From: Antedon mediterranea
Lineage: Eukaryota > Animalia > Echinodermata
Direction: 5' to 3'
Assembly (NCBI RefSeq): GCF_964355755.1
Contig: NC_092670.1
Coordinates: 4,950,201-5,014,200, forward strand
Length of the DNA stretch: 64,000 nt
The translations under genes were made by a program, and so were the position numbers. Shown in pieces: positions 11,751-24,020 of the stretch. Each line of letters opens with the position of its first letter. Position 1 is the first letter of the stretch. The notes under the pieces were generated by a model. It was not told the DNA's origin, ran no database searches, and saw only the letters and a list, made by a program, of their open reading frames with translations.

Positions 11751-14700
11751 GAACGTCTGTTATATTATTGTTTAATACCTGTCTTTTATAATACAGCATT
11801 AGGCCTATACTTGTTATTTGAACTTTTGATCCACTTAATTTTAAAATAAAAAGCATGTATTAACAACAAAAATGTTTGATTATAGCCTTTAACACATTTC
11901 ATTGTATAGTTTTTTTAGATCTAATAATAAGTTTTTCTATCGCTTATCCCTTTCAATATTATTTTGTTTTTGTCTTATGTAGGTTCGACCCACTTTTATT
12001 TCCTCATCAGTAAAAATGTTCATTTACATTGCATTGCACTTGATATTAATGTAATAGTATAATGTCAATACAACTGACATTATAATAACTTTCAATAAAT
12101 ATTAATAATCATCATTATTCTCTCCTAACGCTCCAACTATTCCATTTTTAAATAGGCCTACAATAGTAAGAAATTGAAAAAGTAATGTAAATAATTTCAA
12201 TATTATTATCAAAGCGCTTGGGTAACGAATACAACTTTAATTAACGACCATTGATAACATATACAAACAACTTATTTTTTCCTTGAATATATATATATAT
12301 ATAATATATACATACAAATTAACCATCTTCTTATCGTATTTCATTATAATTATATAAATTCAGTTTTATATTACACGAGGATTGTATTTCTTCTTAACAA
12401 CTATTACTCTTTATAGAATAAATGCATATAAAACTATCTTATTGAAAATTATATTTCAAGAAATGTGGGTTGCTTAATGTTCAAGCTAATTTACATGGGG
12501 GAATCATTGAATTACGCCTCTGGGATTGGAATATTGCGTAAGACGCCAATATGTACTTACATTAAAATTGTAATATGTTTTATTAAAAAGTTAATTGATT
12601 GCAAACTGTTGTCTATAGAGACTGTAGGCCTAACGTAAAACATAGAATTTGAGATAATTTTTAATGCATGTTGATATAAACTGTGAGGTAAAAAGTAACT
12701 CGCTGAGACGTGGGCTTTCATTGAAATAAATATAAGAAAACGATTCATTAAGTATCTATATATAAAATCATAGATTGCTATTATTCCAATAAATATCTTG
12801 TACGTAAGTTTGTGATTATAATTATGTATGACGTCGATTCCATATCAAATGTCTTTGATCGTTACTGTAAGCACTATGTTAAAAGAGCATGGGCACACAG
12901 ATGTGTTGTTCTAGGCGAGTAATGTTCATATCAATCAAACTAAATGATTGATATCTATCTCACTAAATGATTGATATCTATCTCATTATAGTGTTAGGTC
13001 TACATTGTTGTTGCCCAATTCATTTGTATTGTACAGTGAAATGTAAACGCTGCGAAGATAAATTCCAGTCAAAGTATATTGTGTGAGTACACACAGCCAA
13101 TTAGTGTATGAGGATAAAAGGGGATTGGTAAACTGTAAAAGTTAAAATTATTTTACTGGCGTGGTAATCTGTTGACAGCGTGAATTGAAAAGGATGAGGT
13201 GCTCACATTGTCTTAAAAGATGATTGCGAGGGTATTCTTAGGTGTCAGTGGGTTTCCTGCTGCTGTTGTGATTATTATCAATGATATTGTACAGTAGTTA
13301 CTGTAGTTGAATTGTTTTGACATGTTGACCTACGTCGACTTTTTATTGTAATTGTTATTTTCTATATCATGTTTTTTTTTTTTGTATATTTCTTTTGGAT
13401 GCACCTTCCATTTTGGTCGAGTGCCACTGTTGTAAAAGTGTAATCTCCAAATAAATTATTATTACCCAAAATAAACGAGAAATAGGCTGGTTGACTAAAA
13501 TAGGAATTTATAAGAGGATAGAAATACAAGGAACAGTATTCGACTTTATTATTTTTTCCTCTAAATGTGTTAAAGCAGAAACATGAATATGCAACATTAT
13601 ACATGAGTATAATGTCATTATTATGTGGCTCGTGGGCCTCTCTTAGCCATGTGGTTGTATTGTGGATTATTTTGGCATTCATGAAATCTCCATTCCTGAT
13701 GCAGTTTTCATATTTCGAACACAAGCCAATGAGATTCTTTCGAGATTATCTTTCAAACAAAACAGGTTCTAACCTATGTGGGCCTAAATGACAAGCAACG
13801 AATTCATAATTATAAAGATAGGCATACTGGATATTTCCATGATTATGTCAAATCAACAATAAGAGTAATGTATAGGTCTATTAACGTATTTGATTTCTGC
13901 TTATGGCCAGATTTTAGAGAAAAGCCTCACGCCAAAATATTCTAGTCACGTAGGCCTACATGCAATGCGAAAGATATTATCAGGATTATCAGAAACAATC
14001 CCGGAAAAGACATTGATCCGGTTTATTATTAACTGTAGGTCATGACAGTAAAATGTAGGCCTAAAATAACTTTTGCCCTCGAATATTCGCTGAATATACA
14101 CAAACACACTTTCTCACCAAAGGATACTCAGATCGTTCGTTTAAATTGGTCAGTCCTAGCCGTTTGAAAAGTAGTGAAAACATCACGATTGCACAGTCAA
14201 TCTAATGAGTCTGTAAGAAATATCGAAAGTAAATTACCGTAAAACGAAAAGGGAGATAAAATCAGGATGTTTATATTTTGAATTCAATTCAAGACACAGT
14301 CTGTAATTACCTTTAACCTGTACTGATTGTATACACCGTCGATAATAAAGATATAATTTGCAGAACAACATTGAACGTAATATCTTCAATTGTCTTAGAA
14401 TAGCATGACATTATGTGTCTATATGTAACACACGACCCCTGATGATGAGCTGATTAATACTCAACGCATCAGGTCACTTGAAACTCGTTTTCTATAAACG
14501 AACTTGGTAACATTGACGCCAAATTTATTACTTTTGTTTTGTCAGGTAATACAATATACTGAAAAGCAATCGAGAATGTCCGTAATCTACATGAATGTAA
14601 GACAACAAAATCATGGCTACTTCTTAATGAAAGCTAACCACTATGACATTACAGGAGCTAGGGTTCGTCTTAATTAATTTAAACTAATCCAGTTTTTTCG

Positions 14701-16217
14701 AAGACGCTAAAGTAATTTTCTAAATATATAATATTGTATTGGAAATAAAGCATAATTTTTCAATTCAATTCAATTCAAGTTAACATTTATTGCTTCCAAA
14801 ACAAAATAATAAAAAAAGAACAGTTTTTTTAATTTACATTTTTTGTTACGGCGTAAAAGAAAAAAAAAAACACATTTTATTCCACTATAAATTGGAAAAG
14901 GAGATGGACAGCTTCAGCAAAAAGAGGGGAAACTATGCCATGGGCTAGAATACGAGTCAACAAAATAGCGCTTTGAAAGTTAACAAGGCCACAAACATGG
15001 CTGCAGTTGCGTGCTCAAGTTAGTGTTTACCGACCGACGATATGTCAACGATTTCATCAATATGTTTAAAAGTTGTGTATCTTCGTTAAATGACATACAT
15101 ACCGGAGTATTAATATGATTGTGGAAATATATATAAAATGTTTCAGAACAGAAATTAATTTCGTAATAAAATTCTAAATTAATATGTAGTTCTCCAATAC
15201 GGTTCTTTAGAAAATTGATGTAAGCCGAGAGAAACTACCCGTCATTTATAATAATGATCAATCAATTCAAAATAAATGAAATGAATTCCCATTTGATTTC
15301 GCTAATATACCGATAGATCCACGTTTCACGAAGCTATTCTCACATACAGAGAGTAATTAACAGCGGTTTAGATATGATTTGAATAATAATATCGTTCGCA
15401 ATATGATAAAAATGACCATCTTAGTGAGTGCCATGAGACTGTATGGTTTTTATACTTAAACAAATTGTCTTGACAGAATGAAAAATTATTTAAGATATTC
15501 AATATAATAATACGTATTTTAGTGAAACGAAAAGAACGTAGGCTTATTAGAGACATGTGCGGGGAGATTGTGATGTCAATAAAATATAATACTTCTGTCG
15601 ATATATCGTGATGTAGACATATTGTGTTGAAAGTTGTTCGTGGTGGATCTAGGGCAGACGAATTATAAGTTATTTGCAGTAATGATCTTGGCTTGAACCA
15701 AAACATTAAAATGAAAGCGTTTTAGCAATGCATGTTCTGTGTTAAATCCTTTCTTACTTATTGACAGAACATTAGTTACGTGATTTGATGTACGACTTCC
15801 AACATTTTAGAAAAATACAAAATAATGTTATTTGTGTATTTACTGTTTACTTTACTAATTTTCTATACTAATGATTTTATTTTATGATTTTCAGAATTAA
15901 AAAAAAATAATTAAATAAAAAGGTTATAGGTTTTTCAATGTTTATTTTTAGTTTACAAAATGTAATCAGACAGTTAGACTCAATTTTCTAGCGGTTCTGA
16001 TTATTTATTCTAACCTTTAGTTTCACCTTCTCGTGACGTGTACCTCACATCATCATTTATCAACATTATTTAAAAGGGATAAACAAAATACATACAACAA
16101 TGTCTAGAATTTTAGCAATAAGGAAAGATGCGACCAAGAAGTTAGGCCTACTTACTCAAATTAGTGTTATCGGTGGGAGTAGTACAAAACGTTTTATGTA
16201 GGCGTTAATCAGACGAT

Positions 16218-16275
16218 CGTTTAGAGGTCGTTGTAGCCTAGCAGACGTTTAGAGGTCGTTGTAGCCTAGCAGACG
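16218..16275. repeat. 28-bp direct tandem duplication
   Basis: CGTTTAGAGGTCGTTGTAGCCTAGCAGA occurs twice in tandem. Confidence 0.85.
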
Positions 16276-17808
16276 ATAGACAAAATGTGGCGCCACGCAT
16301 TACTCTTTACCTCACCTTAGTTTTTCTTTATTAATTTATTTATTGAATTTATTTAAAAACCTTTCATTATGTTATTGGATAAATATGTACATGCTGGTTA
16401 CTTTACGAACAATTTATAAATACTGCAGCTTCTAATACTGTGAAAATCCGAAAGAAATAATACTAGGTCTAAATAAACAATTTCATTTAAGTACACTTAT
16501 AACAAATAGGTAATTGATTGATTTACAAACAATTGCTTCCTCGCATCCTGAACATAAATAAATCACGTGCGGAGTAAATCTAATTGATATGCGCATTTGC
16601 AGGATAATTACCACGGAAAAATCATTATTTTTAACTTGATAAACTTGTAAACTTTAGAATATAGAAATGATCAATGGACATCATTCAAAATGCTAGTCAT
16701 AACTACTGTACTTAATAAGATGTATGCTGAAATAATAAATCAAAGTTTCTTAGAATTTGCATAACTGGTTATGCATCAACTTAAATCCCTTGGTATAACA
16801 CAGAGTATTATCACTAATTCTGTTTTACGTTAGTAATTTTCAGAACAGTTTGGTAACTATTATTGGAATTGTGAAAATATCGTTAAGTAACTTCGTGTAT
16901 ATAACAAGAGCTTTGCCGCCATATGCAGTCGTTAAGTATTTAAGCTTACCAATTCCAAAAAACGCTTTTCTTAATTTCTGCGACACAAGTCACTCGGGTA
17001 TGTGTGACGTCATCGATAATAATGGAAGACCAATTAATTCACTTGAGCTTCTTCCTTTAATGATCAGTTGATAATTTTCTATCGAACATGTTGTCAAAGT
17101 TAATAAACGATTTTCCATAAACAGTATTCAGTATTTTTAGAATAAAAAAAATAATTGTAGGTACACAAAGCATTATACACTCAAGTACCTTTATGGTAAC
17201 TGTGTAATCACGTAAAAAATTAAGTATTAATGTGTTTGAGTATTTTGAAATAGTACTTGCTTTAAATTGCCGACCAAGCGTCATGTGTTTTAAAGTTTGT
17301 ATTTAAAATAAGATAAATCGATTTTATATTACACATTCCATTACTCTGCCAGTTTCTAAAGCTTAAATTGTCTACAAATATAGCTTTTCTCATATGTGTA
17401 TGTCCCGGTGTGTTCATATCTCAGTATACGTATAATAAACCATGACACCAGAATATAATTCATTAAAATTATCATCACTCACCAGAGGGTAGAACTGGTT
17501 ATCGTCAGAACGTTCCGTCATTAATGATGAAGTGTTTACCTGTTGTGTAGTTGTTCTTATCTCATCGATTTCCTAATGCATGTAATATAACAATGCTTAC
17601 GTATGTTAGTTGTTATATTTTAATATTATTCGCGATATCTAATAGATAAGAGTGTAAATATTTCACTCTTTGCTGAGTAAGGCTCCGAAAGGATTAAGTG
17701 TAGTGTGTCCACGATATGAACCAGATAGCCAGCTAGAACAACACATGCATCGCGTAATAACGGGTGTTATGCAAAAATGCAAACGAGAAATACATACTGC
17801 ACAAATAA

Positions 17809-18104
17809 AGATGTATTGTCCCCCTGAAAAAAGATGTTGTTATTGAATATGCTATTGTCACATAATAGTTATACACTTTGAAGGAGAATTGAATCGAAAA
17901 AAATATATTTATATTTAAGTGAAAAAACTGTAATTTAAAGCAAAAAATGGCCTGCCAGCCAATTGGTTTTTGGTTGAATTTGACGATTTATTTGTTTTAT
18001 GTGAAAACATTATTTGTTTTCGTTTTTTTACGGAAGGGATTAACTTTATTAAAACAAAAAAATATTAATATTAATTTTTCATGTTTTTGGGGGACAATAC
18101 ATCT
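17809..18104. mobile_element. MITE, Kolobok-like family (AGATGTATTGTCCC TIR)
   Basis: TIRs AGATGTATTGTCCCCC / GGGGGACAATACATCT; flanks ATAA and TTAA; related copies elsewhere in the window. Confidence 0.75.
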
Positions 18105-19339
18105 TTAAAGTAAACCCCTTTACCTTGGGAAACCCCTATTAAGAGGAGACTTTGTTGGGTCTATAATGTTATATGTACTATTCACGGTACAGAAGATTGT
18201 AATGATGATGTGTGGTTTTAAAATATTCTATTCATCGTCAGCAGGTTTTTAGTAGTTTGAGTAAAGTTCTACGTGTACTTTGCCAAGAAACTATTGTTCA
18301 AAATACACTAAATACTAAATAGAGTGTTTAGATCTGGCTTTTCGCTTGACGGTTTGTGTCATGAGCGGAATTATGCTGCTTCTTTCTTTAAAATGATACC
18401 CCTCTACGGACGACAACTGTAGAATAATTGACGACAACTCAACAGACCGGGCAACAATCAGAGCAAAATATACATTAACACTATAATAGTGTCACAATGA
18501 AAAGTTCATTCTCGTATAGCGAATCAGTGACTATATTTTTCTATTTATAAGTAAATAAATAGTACTGTTAGAGGTATAGTAAATTAAACAAGAAATATTT
18601 CTTACAAAAAACGATGCTCGCTTATTGAAAAATATTTTTTATTTCAAATGTTTTTGAATGTGTCATCATTTTATTGTCACATAATAGTTATTTTACCTGA
18701 AAAAATGTAATTTAAAGCAACAAATACTTAAATTGTCTGTAAGACAATGATTTTTGGGTTTCTTTTCTCTTTTTATATGTGAATAAATATTGTTTTTTTG
18801 TTACAGAAGTGAATACTCAATTTCTGTCACTTTAGTTAATTTTATTGCTAAGTCTGGGGGTCACTTCATCACCCTAGATATTTCAAGTGTGAAGTATCCT
18901 ATTACAAACACAAACTTTAATGGACTGTTTCGATAATAATTCAATGAATATCTGACAGTGAATATACCAGAAATGCTTTGGGATTTGTAATTTTAGCATG
19001 CCATGTCCTAATAGACTCTTTTCCCTATGTTTTTTTAGTCTACTGTAGCAGCGGAATCAATAAATTATAGTGGAGTTTCCATTTTCGCAAAACTGTCGTC
19101 CTTAGAACTATAACTGCTGCTTGCTTTAGCTTCTGATTGAGTAGTCCTAATGGGACGTAGCGGGTTAGAGCAGCAGCGTGAAAAATCTAAGATACAACAG
19201 ATAACTTTCGGTTATTATTATCATTAATCTCATAATTAGCACAAATCTCTACTGCTGTTAAAAAGCAAGATTTAATACAAAAGTCAATCTTAATTATTTT
19301 GAAAGTTAGAAATGAAACTTGATAAAATGACTCAAAGTA

Positions 19340-19426
19340 CGCCCGAAAGGTGGAATTGAACCACTCCGACGTTAATCGGCTACAGGTTTGAAGCCTGCAC
19401 CTTAGACCACTAAGGTTCATCCGGGC
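19340..19426 (-). tRNA. trsp: Selenocysteine tRNA (tRNA-Sec, anticodon TCA), 87 nt
   Basis: Reverse complement reads GCCCGGATGAACCTTAGTGGTCTAAGGTGCAGGCTTCAAACCTGTAGCCGATTAACGTCGGAGTGGTTCAATTCCACCTTTCGGGCG. It has a long D stem (ACCTTAG/CTAAGGT), UCA anticodon, long variable arm (CCGA/TCGG), a short T stem and a G discriminator; it closely matches the vertebrate tRNA-Sec sequence as I recall it. Confidence 0.97.
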
Positions 19427-19450
19427 AATTTTGAAAGCAACACATATTTC

Positions 19451-19497
19451 TTTATATTCCTTGCGAAATGTATTAGTAGCCGAATATAGGTGTCAAA
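19451..19497 (-). promoter_or_regulatory. External Pol III (type 3-like) promoter of tRNA-Sec: TATA box and candidate PSE
   Basis: TATAAA at -30 to -25 (19456-19451); ACACCTATATTCGGCTAC at about -50 to -68, the expected PSE position (assignment inferred). A TTTT terminator-like run lies at 19327-19324. Confidence 0.6.
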
Positions 19498-21976
19498 AGG
19501 GTTTTGATTTAAAACGAAGCCGTGTATTAGTACCATGATATGGGCCTAATAGGCTACTATACCATTAATTGACCTATACTAAAAATCACAAAAACATGAT
19601 GTATCGATTGATGGATAATTGTAGGTCAAACTAATATTTTTTGGTAAGAAGTAATTGAATTGTTTAGCAAACCAATATTATTAAAATATTCACACAAAAA
19701 AAAAACACACGCAAACAAAAAACGAGTAGGGTTTAATGCTTGATACGCCTACGTGATGTTTTTAAATCAGATTGATCAGAAAGAGACACGATGTAAACAT
19801 TATTTCCGATAATTAGGATCTGTAGACTCTAGAGAATAGATGCAATTTAATATTGGTTTTGGACCAGTGAGTAACCTAACAGGAATCAAACCATGGAGGT
19901 AATATGGTCGTGATTAGGCGAATAACATTTACTGTGATGACAAGAAAACGCCCGGGAAAACGCCCCACTTCAGAAACCGCCCTCTAACGTATTGTTTATG
20001 ACAAAACTTTTAATAGCAGGCTAAACACAAAAGCGAGGAAATAGGTCCAGTGCTCACTACTGTTAGAATTGTTTATTCCTTGCTATAGGGAAATTATACG
20101 TGTTCAAAGGCACGTACGTACATGATGAGGTGTATTCATTTAGCTTCATATGTTCCTACACAACTGTGTCTCCAGACAGAATAAAGGTCTTCGCCAATTC
20201 AGGCCCACCTACTCACACGGTGAGCTGATTGGGTTAAGTTTTTATGTAGCAAAATCTTCTTAGATTCAGTCGTTAGCTATAGTATTACGTCTGTGACTGT
20301 GTTGTTTGTGGTTTAAGTTTTTCACCCTACATACAGAGACGATGCGAAAGTATGGATAATATGAATTGGGAGCGATCTATACATTTGTGGATTTCCTGTA
20401 CGTCACATAAGTTTATACATTATTGAACACACTGTCTATAGAAGTATCCCAATTGGCTAACATACAATCTGGCACTTCGACACGCATTGCTGACATAACT
20501 AATACACGATTATAATTTAATAGATTATTCAGGGATTTGTTTTGAGAGTGATTATTAATAATAAATCAGCACACCCATATGATAGATCAAACACTATTGT
20601 CAATCCAACGGGGATTACATGTAAGTTGTCGTGACAAAGTTCAAACTCAATATTAATCCGCAATTGTATTTTGTGTGCATTTTTTTTGTGCTAAAGTACA
20701 TCTTTCTCTTCGTACTAAATACTAAAATCAATATTTAAAGTTTGCGCTTTAATAAACAATTAACTAAAATGGTAAGTACAATTGTGTAATTGATAATACG
20801 CGTTGGAATGACCGAATGGCACCTTTATTATAAACAATTCTAAGACAGTCGTTTACATTGACTAAATTCATATTATTGGCTAATGTGTCAAGAAACTCAA
20901 GAGGGCGTTGGTTACTGAAGATACTCATTACGTGTACAGCCCCATTAGAGAATGTGTTCATTTTTACCCGAAGTTTTTCAAAACTTCGGGTAAATGTCAC
21001 TTAACCTCCTACTGTGACATGTGTTTATATAAGTCCAACTTACTAATTGTAAGCATACCGTATCTTCCAAGTCTGCAATTTTAATTTTTCCACTAACACA
21101 ATTAGGCCTATATCGTAATTTCTAAGATAGATTACAAAATAATGGATATTAGTTCAGTTACATCCGAACGTAGGTTAGCTACCAAACAAAAAATAAAATA
21201 GATACACATTTTGTACTTATTTCAAGAACCATGGGAAATATATCTTCTGGAAACGAAGAAATTTAAAGTGAGTAACCACCAGATGACCCACTCATTATGG
21301 AAGGTACAATTGTCATAGTTTGGGGTGTTATGACAATGTTAGGTGTTGGCTTTTTTTTATATCAATCTCTACAACAGAATGAGGTTAAATTTGTTACTTT
21401 ATATATTAAATTATATATTTGCTAATTCATATAATAGTTTACTTCAAATGTTTCCTTATATAGATATGTTTAGTTGTACAGTAATACTTCTTCTTTTATT
21501 GTCATTTTTAATAATACTGTATATAAATATGTTTATTCCTTGTTCCTTTTTATGTAAATCAAATGTATATTTTATGGCGATCCTGTTTTCGTGTTTTTTT
21601 CTTTACACTGTTGGACCTTGAATAAATAAATATTATACGCCTTTGAATTCTTTGGAAATTTAATACAATAGGGTGTTTGCACTATAAGTTAATTGTTTTC
21701 GTTAACATCTTTCTTTCAAGCATTACATAAAGAGCCCAAAATCATTTACCAGTAAATACAACATTACTATTATACAATTTGTTATCAACGGCAAACTTAT
21801 TATTTTATTGAATACAATACATGCTTTGAGACTTAAATTTATTTGAAAAGCCACGTTATCGGTATATCATAATAGTATTATAATATTCACGTTTATACAA
21901 AATATACCATCAATCAGATCTAGTAGGCCTACTAATACACCAAAAATATAGAATAAAATTCCAATACACACAGTTC

Positions 21977-22981
21977 TCAATTATGGTGTTTTCCGGCAAT
22001 ATGTGTTTTCAAATGACTACTTTGCTTAAATTTCTTTCCACAATGTTCACATTTATATGGTGTTTCTCCTGTGTGTACTCTTAAATGTGTCTTTAAATCT
22101 CCATTTCGTTTAAATTTATTTCCACAATGTTCACATTCATATGGTGTCTCTCCTGTGTGTATTCTGAAATGTATGTTTAATGCCCCCCTTCCTTTGAATT
22201 TCTTCCCACAATGTTCACATTCATATGGTGTCTCTCCTGTGTGTATTCTAAGATGTGCTTTTAAGTTTCCATTCTGTGCAAATTTCTTCCCACAATGTTC
22301 ACATTCATATGGTGTCTCTCCTGTGTGTATTCTAAGATGTGTTTTTAAGTGTCCATTCTGTGAAAATTTCTTCCCACAGTGTTCACATTCATATGGTGTT
22401 TCTCCTGAGTGTATTCTAAGATGTACTTTTAATCCCCCATTTCCTTTGAATTTCTTCCCACAGTGTTCACATTCATATGGTGTTTCTCCTGTGTGCACTC
22501 TCAAATGTGTCTTCAAATCTCCATTTCGTTTAAATTTCTTTCCACAATGTTCACATTCATATGGTGTCTCTCCTGTGTGCACGTTCAGATGTGTCTTCAA
22601 CTCTCCATTTCGTTTAAATTTCTTTCCACAGTGTTCACATTCATATGGTGTTTCTCCTGTGTGCACTCTCAAATGTGTCTTCAACTCTCCATTTCGTTTA
22701 AATTTCTTCCCACAATGTTCACATTCATATGGTGTCTCTCCTGTATGTATTCTAAGATGTTCTGTTAAGTGTCCATTCCGTTGAAATTTCTTCCCACAGT
22801 GTTCACATGTGTTCTGTTTACTTTCTTTTACTAAATGCGTTTTAAAATCATCTTCGAATAGTATTCTCTCTTGACTGTGGTGTTCATATTTCAACTCCTC
22901 TGTTCCTGTATGTATTCCTAAGTGGATTTTTAAATCACTGAACTCAAATTTATCTCCACAGTATTCACATTTGTATTCCAT
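21977..22981 (-). CDS. C2H2 zinc-finger protein, cluster copy A (intact, 10 tandem fingers plus atypical N-terminal fingers, 334 aa)
   Basis: ATG at 22981 (MEYKCEYCGDKF); repeats [27 protein letters not shown]; no KRAB, SET or BTB domain; CDS intronless; TATA-like TAAATAAAAG ~160 nt upstream, shared with paralogs. Confidence 0.88.
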   Translation of the reverse strand: MEYKCEYCGDKFEFSDLKIHLGIHTGTEELKYEHHSQERILFEDDFKTHLVKESKQNTCEHCGKKFQRNGHLTEHLRIHTGETPYECEHCGKKFKRNGELKTHLRVHTGETPYECEHCGKKFKRNGELKTHLNVHTGETPYECEHCGKKFKRNGDLKTHLRVHTGETPYECEHCGKKFKGNGGLKVHLRIHSGETPYECEHCGKKFSQNGHLKTHLRIHTGETPYECEHCGKKFAQNGNLKAHLRIHTGETPYECEHCGKKFKGRGALNIHFRIHTGETPYECEHCGNKFKRNGDLKTHLRVHTGETPYKCEHCGKKFKQSSHLKTHIAGKHHN

Positions 22982-23412
22982 ATTTAGGATTTTAATATCG
23001 TACACTTTGATAAACGATAACTGAGACCCGACAAATCAATGATATAATATATATCTTTCTTCTTTTGGCAACCTGTTTGTAAGAGCGGAAATCCTCTCTG
23101 GTCCGCACAAATTTAGCAGTGCGGACGTGTGTGAGTGCCGCTTTTATTTAATTAGGGAGGGGCACACTTTTGAACATGCTCAAGTAGCCGTTTTTGTTAT
23201 GTTAAATAGCTGATGTTAAATATTGAAGACTATGTACTATTATTATATTTGGGGTTTTTTTTGGTTAAATAAATAATACGAAACGGTTTGGCAACTCGGT
23301 TTGACTCATAATATCTATGCTGTTAAATGCCCTTCCCAAAGCAACATTGTCGAGTACGGAGCGCCAATACCACCTTCATACAAACAAATACACAAAAGGG
23401 AATAATAGATAC

Positions 23413-23870
23413 AATAAAAAATTACGCGGTCTACGCACGATTTAACGAAATCACGTTTGTAATCATATCTTCACAACCATGAATCACAATTAAATAAAAT
23501 TTGGTACTCATAAATTTCAGGGCATAAATCATCATATGGCAATACAATTACGTGCGTAGCGCATGTAACGCATGCGTACGCGTTTTTAAAATTTATTTTC
23601 GATGAAATAAGAGTACGTTTCAGGCAATTTTAAGCGTTTTGCGCACTCTTTTTGCCCGATTTCTGTTTTCTTGACTTACTTTTCAACTCGAAATTATGTT
23701 ATACGAGCACGTCAAAAGTGACAGGCTACGCACGTGTAAATTAAAAAAATGTAACTGTTTTTAAACATTTCAACATTTTTAAACATGTTCAGTAATTTCG
23801 GTCAGTTGGTAGGTTGGTCGGTGGGTAAACACTAAGCACGCGATTGCAGCCATCTATATGGCCTTGTTTT
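23413..23870 (+). mobile_element. 5'-truncated copy of the HINE at 5373-6186
   Basis: Near-identical to 5624-6076 with internal deletions; ends GCACGCGA...GCCATCTATATGGCCTTGTTTT in a T-run that is uninterrupted in the paralogous flanks at 31741 and 40841. Confidence 0.8.
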
Positions 23871-24020
23871 TTGCGGCGTACGTTTTGTTGAGGAAAATAT
23901 TTAAGCGTGCATACCTTACTATTTTATGACGGAAAATCGTTGTCATAATTAAATTTGGTATGTTTTTGGAGCATTGGAAAATAAGAAGTATTTTCGTTTA
24001 CATCCTTTTAGCAGGCATTA

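Noticed and set aside
21977-22981. Calling the ZNFs PRDM9 or Staf/ZNF143
   Set aside because: No SET/KRAB/SSXRD exons found, and finger spacing and number do not match ZNF143; the resemblance is only in evolutionary pattern or proximity.
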